From an uncultured Gammaproteobacteria bacterium (GTDB taxonomy: Bacteria > Patescibacteriota > Microgenomatia > UBA1406 > GWC2-37-13): a DNA stretch of 64,000 bases. The notes below the pieces were generated by a model that was not told the DNA's origin, did not search any database, and worked only from the letters and a program-made list of their open reading frames with translations. The stretch spans positions 2,996 through 66,995 of the forward strand of contig CAYOVA010000005.1 in NCBI GenBank assembly GCA_964407325.1, given 5' to 3'. Positions 53,679 to 61,592 of the stretch are shown piece by piece (positions within the stretch are counted from its first letter, which is position 1; every line of letters begins with the position of its first letter). A program made the position numbers and the translations under genes.

Positions 53679-54626
53679 TCAACGATGAATCCGGGGTATG
53701 TAGACCTTGAGTTCACCTGTTGCTACCACCCAGCGAAGCCTCTGGTAGCCATTGAACCAGAGAAACTGGCCGCTCACGTCGGTAGTCCTCAGGTGAGCTA
53801 CCACCTCGGCATCCTTGCTTAAGTCCAGGGGGACTGTAAGCACGGTGGTACCGGAGATAAGGCCGTTTACCGGCAACACCTTGCTCTGGTATCCGCCGCC
53901 ATCCTCGTACACGGTCATCCGAAGCGTGCCGCTCAGTGGCTCCGTGCCGGTATCCAGCGTAAAGGAGACCTGTGCCTTGTCGGGCTGCAGCTCAACATCG
54001 AGCTCCACCGCTGTAGTGCAGGGCACATGCAGATGGTACTTCTCCGGGAAGGTGTACGCCCCCACGGTCTGGAGCTGCGCCTCGGCGATGAAGCCGCACG
54101 GCAGCCAGAAGTCGGGATTGTACTCCTTTACCTGCGTCCTGTTGTAGGTCGTTACCTGGCGCCATGGCTGGTCTACCTGCCAGAAGATGTAGTACGGAAT
54201 CCACAGCGAGTGCTGCAACTTCAGCACCCCATTCTCGTACACCAGCTTCGGCAGCGGGAGGGGCACCTCAGGCGCCTGCACCACAAAACTCAGCCACTCG
54301 CTTACCCATCTGTCAGTCACGACCCGCACCGTCGTCTCGCCGCTAAACTGCGGCTTCCACTGGAAGCTGGTGCGCATGTCATCGAGCTGGAAGTAGTACC
54401 AGTGGTGAGGCCCGTTTGTGACACGGACCTCAAGATACATCTTCCCCTCGGGCGTGGGCGGCGCAGGCTGGTTGAGGGTTAGCGTATGCATCACCCCAAC
54501 TTGCGCCGCCTCGCTCGTCGAAAGCGTTACTACCTCGGCTGCGCTGGTAGGGGGTGAAACAATTCCCACCATTACCAACAGAGCAACCATCGCCATCATC
54601 CACCTTAGAGTCCGAAGCGTTCTCAT
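53679..54626 (-). CDS. Secreted hypothetical protein encoded in a GC-rich segment
   Basis: Signal peptide MRTLRTLRWMMAMVALLVMVGIVSPPTSAAE. G/C-ending codons. AGGAGA SD (reverse complement of 54633..54638) 6 nt before the ATG. Trp/Tyr-rich beta-type sequence with no family recognised. Confidence 0.65.
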   Translation of the reverse strand: MRTLRTLRWMMAMVALLVMVGIVSPPTSAAEVVTLSTSEAAQVGVMHTLTLNQPAPPTPEGKMYLEVRVTNGPHHWYYFQLDDMRTSFQWKPQFSGETTVRVVTDRWVSEWLSFVVQAPEVPLPLPKLVYENGVLKLQHSLWIPYYIFWQVDQPWRQVTTYNRTQVKEYNPDFWLPCGFIAEAQLQTVGAYTFPEKYHLHVPCTTAVELDVELQPDKAQVSFTLDTGTEPLSGTLRMTVYEDGGGYQSKVLPVNGLISGTTVLTVPLDLSKDAEVVAHLRTTDVSGQFLWFNGYQRLRWVVATGELKVYIPRIHR

Positions 54627-54706
54627 CTGAGTTCTCCTGTATCAGGATTTAGTCGCTGCAAGTATTATAGGATAAAATTTGTCAAAAATCCATCTTCTTC
54701 CTCGAT

Positions 54707-54736
54707 TTGACAAGCAGGCCACCTGTTCTTTACTAT
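54707..54736 (+). promoter_or_regulatory. Sigma70-type promoter: TTGACA, 18-nt spacer, TACTAT, then 6 nt to ATG 54743
   Basis: -35 TTGACA at 54707..54712; -10 TACTAT at 54731..54736; ATG at 54743. No SD, so the geometry is leaderless. Confidence 0.5.
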
Positions 54737-54742
54737 TGATCT

Positions 54743-55690
54743 ATGGATAATCTTCCTATGCGTAATCCGAAGATGTATATTTTTGTTGGTGCTGGAATTC
54801 TTATTCTTGTTGTTGTAATAATCTCCTTGCTTACTATAACCCGTGACCAGGAAAGGCGCTCAGCTTCCACTACCCCAATAACCGGAGAACAATATCCAGA
54901 AGACACCAACCCTACGCCGGGGCAAGCAAATGTGAATCTTAGAACCAGTTCTCCTCCATCTAAAGGCGTTATTGCAAAAGTAGGTGAAGAGCTGATATAT
55001 GAGTCTGACTTAAACTATGAGCTTTCCTTTTATCCGGCTTCAAACGATGGTGAACCTGAAACCATTTTGTTTAAAAAACTGATTGAAGATTCTGTTCTTC
55101 TTCAAGCGGCGCAGGATGAAGGGTATACCACCCTCGATTCTTCCATCTTTAACTCTCCAACCAAAGATTATGCGAAACGAATTGAGACTGTTATGCGGTT
55201 AAAAGATGAAATCGAGCAAAAAACCTCAACATTCGAAGGGTCAGTAATTGCCATCTGGTTTCATAACCAAACACCTGGGTCGGTAGGCTATGAACGAGGG
55301 AAGCAAATTGCCCAGCAGGAAATGAACACATTGCTCACCGAGCTCTCGGCAAATAGAATTACCATGCAACAAGCTGGGGAAAGAATACGAGCCAACCAGA
55401 ATTTGGCTCAAGTTGATTCATCGTGGAAAGCAAATGCGTTTTTTGATTTTGCGGTACCGTTTGGCGGAAAAATTACGTACAGTAAGGAAATAGACAGAAG
55501 AATTTTTAACGTAGATGAAGGTCAGTTATCCGGAATTATTACCGGAAAAGACCTCGATCCCCAAACAGGCAAACAAATTGATGCGGTTTACATGATTGCA
55601 GAAGTTACAAAACAAGGCGACCGGGCAGCGGTAAGTTACGATAAATGGTTTACTGCCAAACTCAAAGAATATGAAGTCACTCGTTATTAA
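54743..55690 (+). CDS. Membrane-anchored parvulin/PrsA-SurA-like protein (cassette 2, component A)
   Basis: TM helix IFVGAGILILVVVIISLL. LIEDSVLLQAAQDEG. Parvulin-like GSVIAIWFHNQTPGSVGYERGKQIA ... VDEGQLSGIITG ... AVYMIAEV. Ends ..KEYEVTRY. Confidence 0.6.
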   Translation: MDNLPMRNPKMYIFVGAGILILVVVIISLLTITRDQERRSASTTPITGEQYPEDTNPTPGQANVNLRTSSPPSKGVIAKVGEELIYESDLNYELSFYPASNDGEPETILFKKLIEDSVLLQAAQDEGYTTLDSSIFNSPTKDYAKRIETVMRLKDEIEQKTSTFEGSVIAIWFHNQTPGSVGYERGKQIAQQEMNTLLTELSANRITMQQAGERIRANQNLAQVDSSWKANAFFDFAVPFGGKITYSKEIDRRIFNVDEGQLSGIITGKDLDPQTGKQIDAVYMIAEVTKQGDRAAVSYDKWFTAKLKEYEVTRY

Positions 55691-58052
55691 ACTATTATCG
55701 GTTTTTCTTTTTGCGGGAGCATTTGCACTCCTTGCTTCCCCTGTGTCTGCGTATGCTCCAAACGTAAAAGGGAAAATATATCAAAATACCGGAGCTCCTC
55801 TTCCGGGAATCTGGATTGAATGGACATCGCAAGAATCAGGTGATGACGGCAATCAGGAAAATAGAGGAACCAGTTACCGGTACGCGGGTACTAACGAAAA
55901 TGGAGATTTCCTGTTTAAGGGATGGGATCTTGAGGGGACAGTTGACGAGAATGGTGTGATGTATTCGAATCTGGGTAAGCGCGAGTACGAGGAAAAGATT
56001 AATCTTGATTACGATGATGCCAATGGAAAAGAAGCACGGAGAGCCACAAACAACAAGTTTGATATATTTAACTGCCACAACGAAACTAACAGCTTTAGTT
56101 TACGTCTTCCGGAATCGTTGAAGAGTATGAAAGTCGAAGCCAGGTGGAGACGGGAAAGCGATAACACCTCCTGGAGTGCGTGGACAGCAGACAAAGTTTC
56201 ATTGCAGGAGGATATTTTTAACAACAGTCATGATTACGAGATAGAGTTCAAGCTGACATTACCTAAACAAGCCTCCATCCGCGACATTGATAATGATATC
56301 GATCCTCCGTCAATTTCAAACCTAAGCACGCAAATTAATAAAGTTCCTGCGTGTGTACAAGCAAGTTTGTGTACCGGGAAAGAAGGAGAATGTTCCCGCG
56401 ACTACAAACCGGCTCCTGGGAAACACAGGGTGTCGCTTTCAGCTATTGGGGATACAGGAATTGGTGATGCCAGAAGAAAGCTGACTAACAATGCAAGCCC
56501 CATTTGGCTGGTGGAGTGTATTCAAGAGGGCGCGGTAGATTCACCAACATACACCTGTACTACCGGAAATGCGAAACTTGACGAGAAAATATTCGGACCG
56601 GGAAACGACAACGCGAATAAACTGGCGCAAAAGTACGGATATTCGGCAAAGATTTTCTACACAGACGGCACGCCAACCATCGCTGAAATTACCGACGAAA
56701 ACAAACAGGATGTGTACGAGTGGGAGACCACTGTTCGTCCCGATGCCGGTCGAAGAATCTCTAGCGTGTACCTGGCATTGTATGAAGATGATAATTCTGG
56801 CGTACCACTTGCAGGAAACAGAAAAACGCAAAAACTGGCAAAGCTCGGATTCGGGGAAGGGTGTCGGCTGGTAGTTGACCCCTATGGAAAGGTGTTTGAT
56901 AGCGTATCACTGGAACCGCTTGCTGGAGTAGCTCTTACTTTGCTAAAACAGCGTGAAGGCGATCAATTTACACCGGTACAACCGAATGAAGTAGTGGGTT
57001 CTCTGCATAATCCTCAGCGTACCAGTGGAAATGGAAGCTATAGCTTTGTGGTCCCTCAGGGTAACTATAAGCTTCAGGTATCCCGCTCGGGATACGAGTT
57101 CCCCCCCAAAGAAATAAATCCGAATGTAGGGCAGTTTTTCTCAAATTTATATATGGGAGACACCATAACGGTAGTAGATGATCCAATATATACCGATGTG
57201 CCGATGTCTCCCCTTGATAAAAAACAATCGAATACCTACGCAAAATCAAATCCAATAGTTGTCGAAAGTTACTTTATCACCACCGATCACGAAAACATGA
57301 TTCAGCGGATTGAAGGGGTAGTAAGCCATCCACGGGCGATCGTTGAGGTATATGGACAAACACCTAATCATAATAATCCTGGTGAAATGATGCGAACACG
57401 CATGCTGGGAAGTGATGAAGCTGATACTTCAGGACGTTTTGAAATAACTGTTGGGTTAGATACTTTACGGGCAGGAGAAGTAGTCGGCGAACTGGAAGCA
57501 AGGAAAAAATCGATTCCTGGACAAAGTAAGTCACAAGCTGCAATCGTGAAAATGCAACCGGTTCTGGCAACGCTTGATGGGTATGCAACGTCAAACACTG
57601 GAGCGGTACTACCCAATGCCAAGGTGGAAGTACGGTTATTGACTACAAACATACCGGTTGTATCGATAACTGCAGATGAAACAGGTCGATTTATAGTTCC
57701 TGTAGATCAAATGCCAGAAGTTCCCTACACACTTGCCTTTACTGATGGAGATACGGTAAGTACGGTTACTACATCGACATACATTACCAATAACGCAAAA
57801 CTTTCCGGAAGCCATAACTACTACGCTTCAGCTGGGTCTAGTGTTTTGGGTGATTTTGACAGATCTACTGTAGAAAATCCAACGGAATCTATGGATGCTC
57901 AAGATCAACCTGTGGAAATCCGAAGCACTGATTCTCAAGTACCCTCAGGATTTATTCTGGTTGGTATTATTCTAATGATCTTCATAATTGCAGTAACAGC
58001 CTTATTGAGCGTTTATATCACTCACGAATCAAAAACAAAAAGGAGACGGTAA
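55671..58052 (+). CDS. Large Cys-rich surface protein with three CarboxypepD_reg/Ig-like domains and C-terminal TM anchor (cassette 2, component B)
   Basis: Signal peptide MKSLVIKLLSVFLFAGAFALLASPVSAYA. The N-terminal domain is colinear with B1. VVDPYGKVFDSVSLEPLAGVALTLLKQ...NGSYSFVVPQGNYKLQVSRSGYEF. Two further beta-sandwich-like modules (..SGRFEITV.., ..ADETGRFIVPV..). C-terminal GFILVGIILMIFIIAVTALLSVYITHESKTKRRR. Confidence 0.65.
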   Translation: MKSLVIKLLSVFLFAGAFALLASPVSAYAPNVKGKIYQNTGAPLPGIWIEWTSQESGDDGNQENRGTSYRYAGTNENGDFLFKGWDLEGTVDENGVMYSNLGKREYEEKINLDYDDANGKEARRATNNKFDIFNCHNETNSFSLRLPESLKSMKVEARWRRESDNTSWSAWTADKVSLQEDIFNNSHDYEIEFKLTLPKQASIRDIDNDIDPPSISNLSTQINKVPACVQASLCTGKEGECSRDYKPAPGKHRVSLSAIGDTGIGDARRKLTNNASPIWLVECIQEGAVDSPTYTCTTGNAKLDEKIFGPGNDNANKLAQKYGYSAKIFYTDGTPTIAEITDENKQDVYEWETTVRPDAGRRISSVYLALYEDDNSGVPLAGNRKTQKLAKLGFGEGCRLVVDPYGKVFDSVSLEPLAGVALTLLKQREGDQFTPVQPNEVVGSLHNPQRTSGNGSYSFVVPQGNYKLQVSRSGYEFPPKEINPNVGQFFSNLYMGDTITVVDDPIYTDVPMSPLDKKQSNTYAKSNPIVVESYFITTDHENMIQRIEGVVSHPRAIVEVYGQTPNHNNPGEMMRTRMLGSDEADTSGRFEITVGLDTLRAGEVVGELEARKKSIPGQSKSQAAIVKMQPVLATLDGYATSNTGAVLPNAKVEVRLLTTNIPVVSITADETGRFIVPVDQMPEVPYTLAFTDGDTVSTVTTSTYITNNAKLSGSHNYYASAGSSVLGDFDRSTVENPTESMDAQDQPVEIRSTDSQVPSGFILVGIILMIFIIAVTALLSVYITHESKTKRRR

Positions 58053-58053
58053 T

Positions 58054-59031
58054 ATGGATTATCCTGAAGCAGGAGAAAGTAATGAAATTGCAAATGACAA
58101 ACAAAAGATACTGATATTTGCCGGGATCGGCATCTTTTTTTTTGTACTCATACTTTTTGCAATCGTTTCTCAGTTTGCCTCCAACAGAGGGCAGCAAACT
58201 GCACAAAATAGCAGCCCAACTCCACCAATACAAACCTCAGGCAATAAACCTCTCTTTAATGACCCCACCGAGGGGCCGGTAAAAAAAGCAACTCCTCCGG
58301 TTGCCGGTGCCGCAGCAAAAATTGGAGCAGAGATTATCTATAACGTAGATGTAACTCGTGAAACCTCTGCGCTTCCCAATTCCGATGATTCATCGGTGAT
58401 TGAACAGGTGTTTAATAAAATGGTAAATGATTCTGTGACGCTGCAGCAGGCTGCAAAAGAAGGGTACATCAAATTAGATACTACCGTTTTTAATTCCCGG
58501 ACTAAAGACTACACCAAGCGCATAGAGTTGATTGAAGAGGCTAAGCGCTCTGTGGAGATGAATGCTGATGGATACAGTGGCAGTTTTGTGGCGATCTGGT
58601 TTCATAATCAGAAACCTGGGAGGGTAGGATACGCTCAAGGAAAACAACTCGCCTACAATAAAATAAAACCACTCTACGACCAGGTAAAAGCCGGGCAGAT
58701 GACAATGCTTGAAGCATCTGATGCTATTATTGCAGATGCAAGCCTGGAAGATGTTGATGAAGCGTTTCGGGTAAACTCGTATGGGGATTTTAAAGTTACC
58801 GCTGAAACGCAAGCGACGTTTGATCCTGCTTTTAATGCCAAACTTGCCAAGTTACGACCTGGCCAAATTACCGATCTACATCTTGCAAAAGATAAAGATG
58901 AACGTGGTAATATGATTGATGCCGTCTACATGTTTGGAAAAGTTGATTCGGTAACAGCCAACAAAGGCTATACCAATTATGAAGAATGGCTGGATTTGCA
59001 CAGGTCAAAATATGAAATTATTCAGTATTAA
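58054..59031 (+). CDS. Membrane-anchored parvulin/PrsA-SurA-like protein (cassette 3, component A)
   Basis: TM helix ILIFAGIGIFFFVLILFAIV. MVNDSVTLQQAAKEG. GSFVAIWFHNQKPGRVGYAQGKQLA ... LRPGQITDLHL ... AVYMFGKV. An AAGGAGA SD lies inside the last codons of the upstream gene. Ends ..SKYEIIQY. Confidence 0.6.
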   Translation: MDYPEAGESNEIANDKQKILIFAGIGIFFFVLILFAIVSQFASNRGQQTAQNSSPTPPIQTSGNKPLFNDPTEGPVKKATPPVAGAAAKIGAEIIYNVDVTRETSALPNSDDSSVIEQVFNKMVNDSVTLQQAAKEGYIKLDTTVFNSRTKDYTKRIELIEEAKRSVEMNADGYSGSFVAIWFHNQKPGRVGYAQGKQLAYNKIKPLYDQVKAGQMTMLEASDAIIADASLEDVDEAFRVNSYGDFKVTAETQATFDPAFNAKLAKLRPGQITDLHLAKDKDERGNMIDAVYMFGKVDSVTANKGYTNYEEWLDLHRSKYEIIQY

Positions 59032-61474
59032 ACTTCTTATTCTTGCTTTTGCAGCAGGCTTCTTTGCCTTAACTTCCTCACCTGTGGATGCGGCAATTCC
59101 GGTTAAGCGTGTATGTGTGGTAAACCAAAATAACCAGCCGCTCTTATACGAAGATGGACAGGGCTTGTGGATCGGTCACAATAACAGTGAAGGGTCAGTT
59201 TATTCCCGACGTGCTGGTGCCGATGGTTGTACTGACTTCCCAGATCAGGATGCTGCCTGGAGTACAACAAGGCAAATTGACACCAATATGGATGGTACCA
59301 ACGACACAGTTGAAAAAAAGGTGCTGAATGGGAACGACGACCTTGGTTGTGTATCGGCACCGCAGGGGATGAAAGTTACCCTTCCGGCTTCCTGGGCAGA
59401 TGAATGGGAGTGTCAGAGTGTAGGGAGTCCCGATGGTCCTTTCCCGTGTTGCAGGAGTGGCACCAGCCGTGAGTATTATTCGTGTAACGATTGTAAAGTC
59501 CATGGGCGGTGGACCGGGTCGGAGTATGTAGGAACCTATCCGGATGAAATTGCCGGCGATCAGCGCCAGTGCTTTTGCAGCAGAAATACCAGCGGGACAG
59601 ATGACACGCCGGAATCGCAAGCCCAGGATCAATCGTGTCCGCTATGTTTCCACAACAGTGGCCAGCTTCTTAAAATAAAACTCCAGTGCCGTAAAAAAGC
59701 CGAGCAAAAAACAGCAAGTTCGGTTACACTCCAAAATCCCAAACCGGAGCAGTTCGGAACTCCTGCCAACTATATGGTAGATTGTCTTGGCAGCAGGCTC
59801 TGTTCGTATGAGGGTACCCCTCTGGAAGATGAGGATGGGGAAGACAATTTGGATGCAGTAATTTGTTCAGAGCAAAACGAACAGGGTTCAGACACACGCC
59901 GTTTTCTTTTGGAAGATTATCGTGATGCTGCGTTAAAATACTCTAAAACTGCAGAAGACGGGGAAACTCTCAAATCACCGGTATTTATAACCGAGTGTAT
60001 TATGGAAGGCACCAATGAAGATGACGCTCGCTATGTGTGTACAACGGGGAATGCCGCCAAAGATGCGGAAATTGGTTTAAAAGCAGCAGGGAGCAATACA
60101 CCCAGTGCTACTTATCTGGCAAGCACCTACGGTTATAAGGGCGGTTTGCAAGATGAAGAAGGCCAGCCGGTAACTCAGCCAATTCTCGAAATTGCAAATC
60201 TTGCCAGCATTTACGAATGGGTGACTGAAACAACCGAACCGGTGCGAAGTGTTCATGCACTGTTTTATGATGCTCAATATGCAGTTGCAATGAGGGCGGG
60301 AAACAATCCAACGCAAATTCAAAGAACGCTCAGCACCACCGGTGCTTGTAATCTCCATATTGATCCGGTAGGACGGGTGTTTGACAACCACACATTGGAA
60401 CCGATTCCTGGTGTAAACATGACATTGGAACGAAAAGGGGAATCCCAACCTGTGGCTAAGAGCACGACATTGGCAGATGGTCAATTTTCCTTCTACGTAA
60501 GTCCGGGAACCTACAAGCTTCTTGCGCAGGTACGGGATTATGTTTTCCCACTGGTAGGTTCAGTGAACCAAAAAGCTTCCAGCATCTACAAAAACTTCTA
60601 CAAAGGGGGAGATATTATTGTAGATCGACAGATTGTGTACACCGATATTCCAATGCAGCCACAAAACAAGGAAGCGGCGGAGTTTTTTGCGAAGCAAACA
60701 AAGCCTGAAGTAATGGACTATTTCCAGTCTCTCAATAAAGAAAAGGGAGAATACATAATTCAAGGAAGTGTTTCCCATCCGCTTTCCCGAGTATCAGTAA
60801 CCTCAGAGGTCGCCAGCCGTCTTGAACGAGGCACCATAAATCAGGGACGAGTCTTAGCCAGTACAACAGCAGATAAATACGGGCGGTTCAAAGTATCTTT
60901 CCCGCTTACCAAGTTAAATCAGAATGAAACGATTGGTTCATTAGAAGTAATTAAACCGAAGGATGTCTATAAATTTGGAGGTGGTAATAAAGCTTCCGTT
61001 GTGCTTGCACCTATTATGAACGGCATAAAAGGCTTTGCATTTGACAGCAGCGGAAATGTGCTTCCCGGTGCTACCGTGGCCGTTAAATTGCCGGTTTTTT
61101 CCCAACCGGTATACCAAACGAAGGCTGATGAAAAAGGGTATTTTGAGATTGATCCAGAACTGCTTCCTCCCATGCCCTACAAACTTACCTTTACTTCTTT
61201 GGGAAATAAAGAAGAAATTGTTGACACCCGTTCCTTTATTGCTCAAAATGCCCGGATGAATACTAATTTATCCCGTTATTATGCTGCTCGTCCCGATAAT
61301 GTAATGCAATACGTTCTGGGTGAATCAACAGAATATACCAGCTTAAACGCAACGAACGATTTCTTTACCCAAAATCGTCCCGCTGTTTTGGGAGGATTGT
61401 TCCTTTTTATGCTTGTGAGCGCTATTCCTTTTTACAATCTTTACACTCACCATGAACCCCGGCGTCGAAAGTAA
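59012..61474 (+). CDS. Large Cys-rich surface protein with CarboxypepD_reg/Ig-like domains and C-terminal TM anchor (cassette 3, component B)
   Basis: Start moved to ATG 59012 (MKLFSIKLLILAFAAGFFALTSSPVDA) by analogy with the two other junctions. Conserved TECIMEG...RYVCTTGN, IYEWVTET, HIDPVGRVFDNHTLEPIPGVNMTLERK, ADKYGRFKVSF and ADEKGYFEI. C-terminal VLGGLFLFMLVSAIPFYNLYTHHEPRRRK. Confidence 0.65.
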   Translation: MKLFSIKLLILAFAAGFFALTSSPVDAAIPVKRVCVVNQNNQPLLYEDGQGLWIGHNNSEGSVYSRRAGADGCTDFPDQDAAWSTTRQIDTNMDGTNDTVEKKVLNGNDDLGCVSAPQGMKVTLPASWADEWECQSVGSPDGPFPCCRSGTSREYYSCNDCKVHGRWTGSEYVGTYPDEIAGDQRQCFCSRNTSGTDDTPESQAQDQSCPLCFHNSGQLLKIKLQCRKKAEQKTASSVTLQNPKPEQFGTPANYMVDCLGSRLCSYEGTPLEDEDGEDNLDAVICSEQNEQGSDTRRFLLEDYRDAALKYSKTAEDGETLKSPVFITECIMEGTNEDDARYVCTTGNAAKDAEIGLKAAGSNTPSATYLASTYGYKGGLQDEEGQPVTQPILEIANLASIYEWVTETTEPVRSVHALFYDAQYAVAMRAGNNPTQIQRTLSTTGACNLHIDPVGRVFDNHTLEPIPGVNMTLERKGESQPVAKSTTLADGQFSFYVSPGTYKLLAQVRDYVFPLVGSVNQKASSIYKNFYKGGDIIVDRQIVYTDIPMQPQNKEAAEFFAKQTKPEVMDYFQSLNKEKGEYIIQGSVSHPLSRVSVTSEVASRLERGTINQGRVLASTTADKYGRFKVSFPLTKLNQNETIGSLEVIKPKDVYKFGGGNKASVVLAPIMNGIKGFAFDSSGNVLPGATVAVKLPVFSQPVYQTKADEKGYFEIDPELLPPMPYKLTFTSLGNKEEIVDTRSFIAQNARMNTNLSRYYAARPDNVMQYVLGESTEYTSLNATNDFFTQNRPAVLGGLFLFMLVSAIPFYNLYTHHEPRRRK

Positions 61475-61574
61475 TATCCTGATACTGGTTTTCGCAATTG
61501 GTACCCTCCTGTTTTTGGTTGTTACAGCAACCATTGTTCTTTCGTACTTCACTATTAAACAAACAAAGAAATAA
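61452..61574 (+). CDS. Candidate 40-aa single-pass membrane micro-protein
   Basis: The ATG at 61452 overlaps the last 23 nt of 59012..61474 in another frame. Translation is MNPGVESNILILVFAIGTLLFLVVTATIVLSYFTIKQTKK, with stop at 61572..61574. It is below the ORF-track length cut-off and there is no independent support. Confidence 0.3.
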   Translation: MNPGVESNILILVFAIGTLLFLVVTATIVLSYFTIKQTKK

Positions 61575-61577
61575 ATC

Positions 61578-61586
61578 TGGTATAAT
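61578..61586 (+). promoter_or_regulatory. Extended -10 TGgTATAAT, 6 nt upstream of the comM ATG (61593)
   Basis: Sequence is atcTGgTATAATtgtataATG. Confidence 0.45.
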
Positions 61587-61592
61587 TGTATA

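Noticed and set aside
53815-54630. Plus-strand ORFs (53815..54147, 54027..54482, 54164..54346, 54418..54630) opposite the GC-rich secreted-protein gene
   Set aside because: Same shadow-frame explanation. Only the minus-strand frame has a signal peptide, an SD and a full-length open frame.
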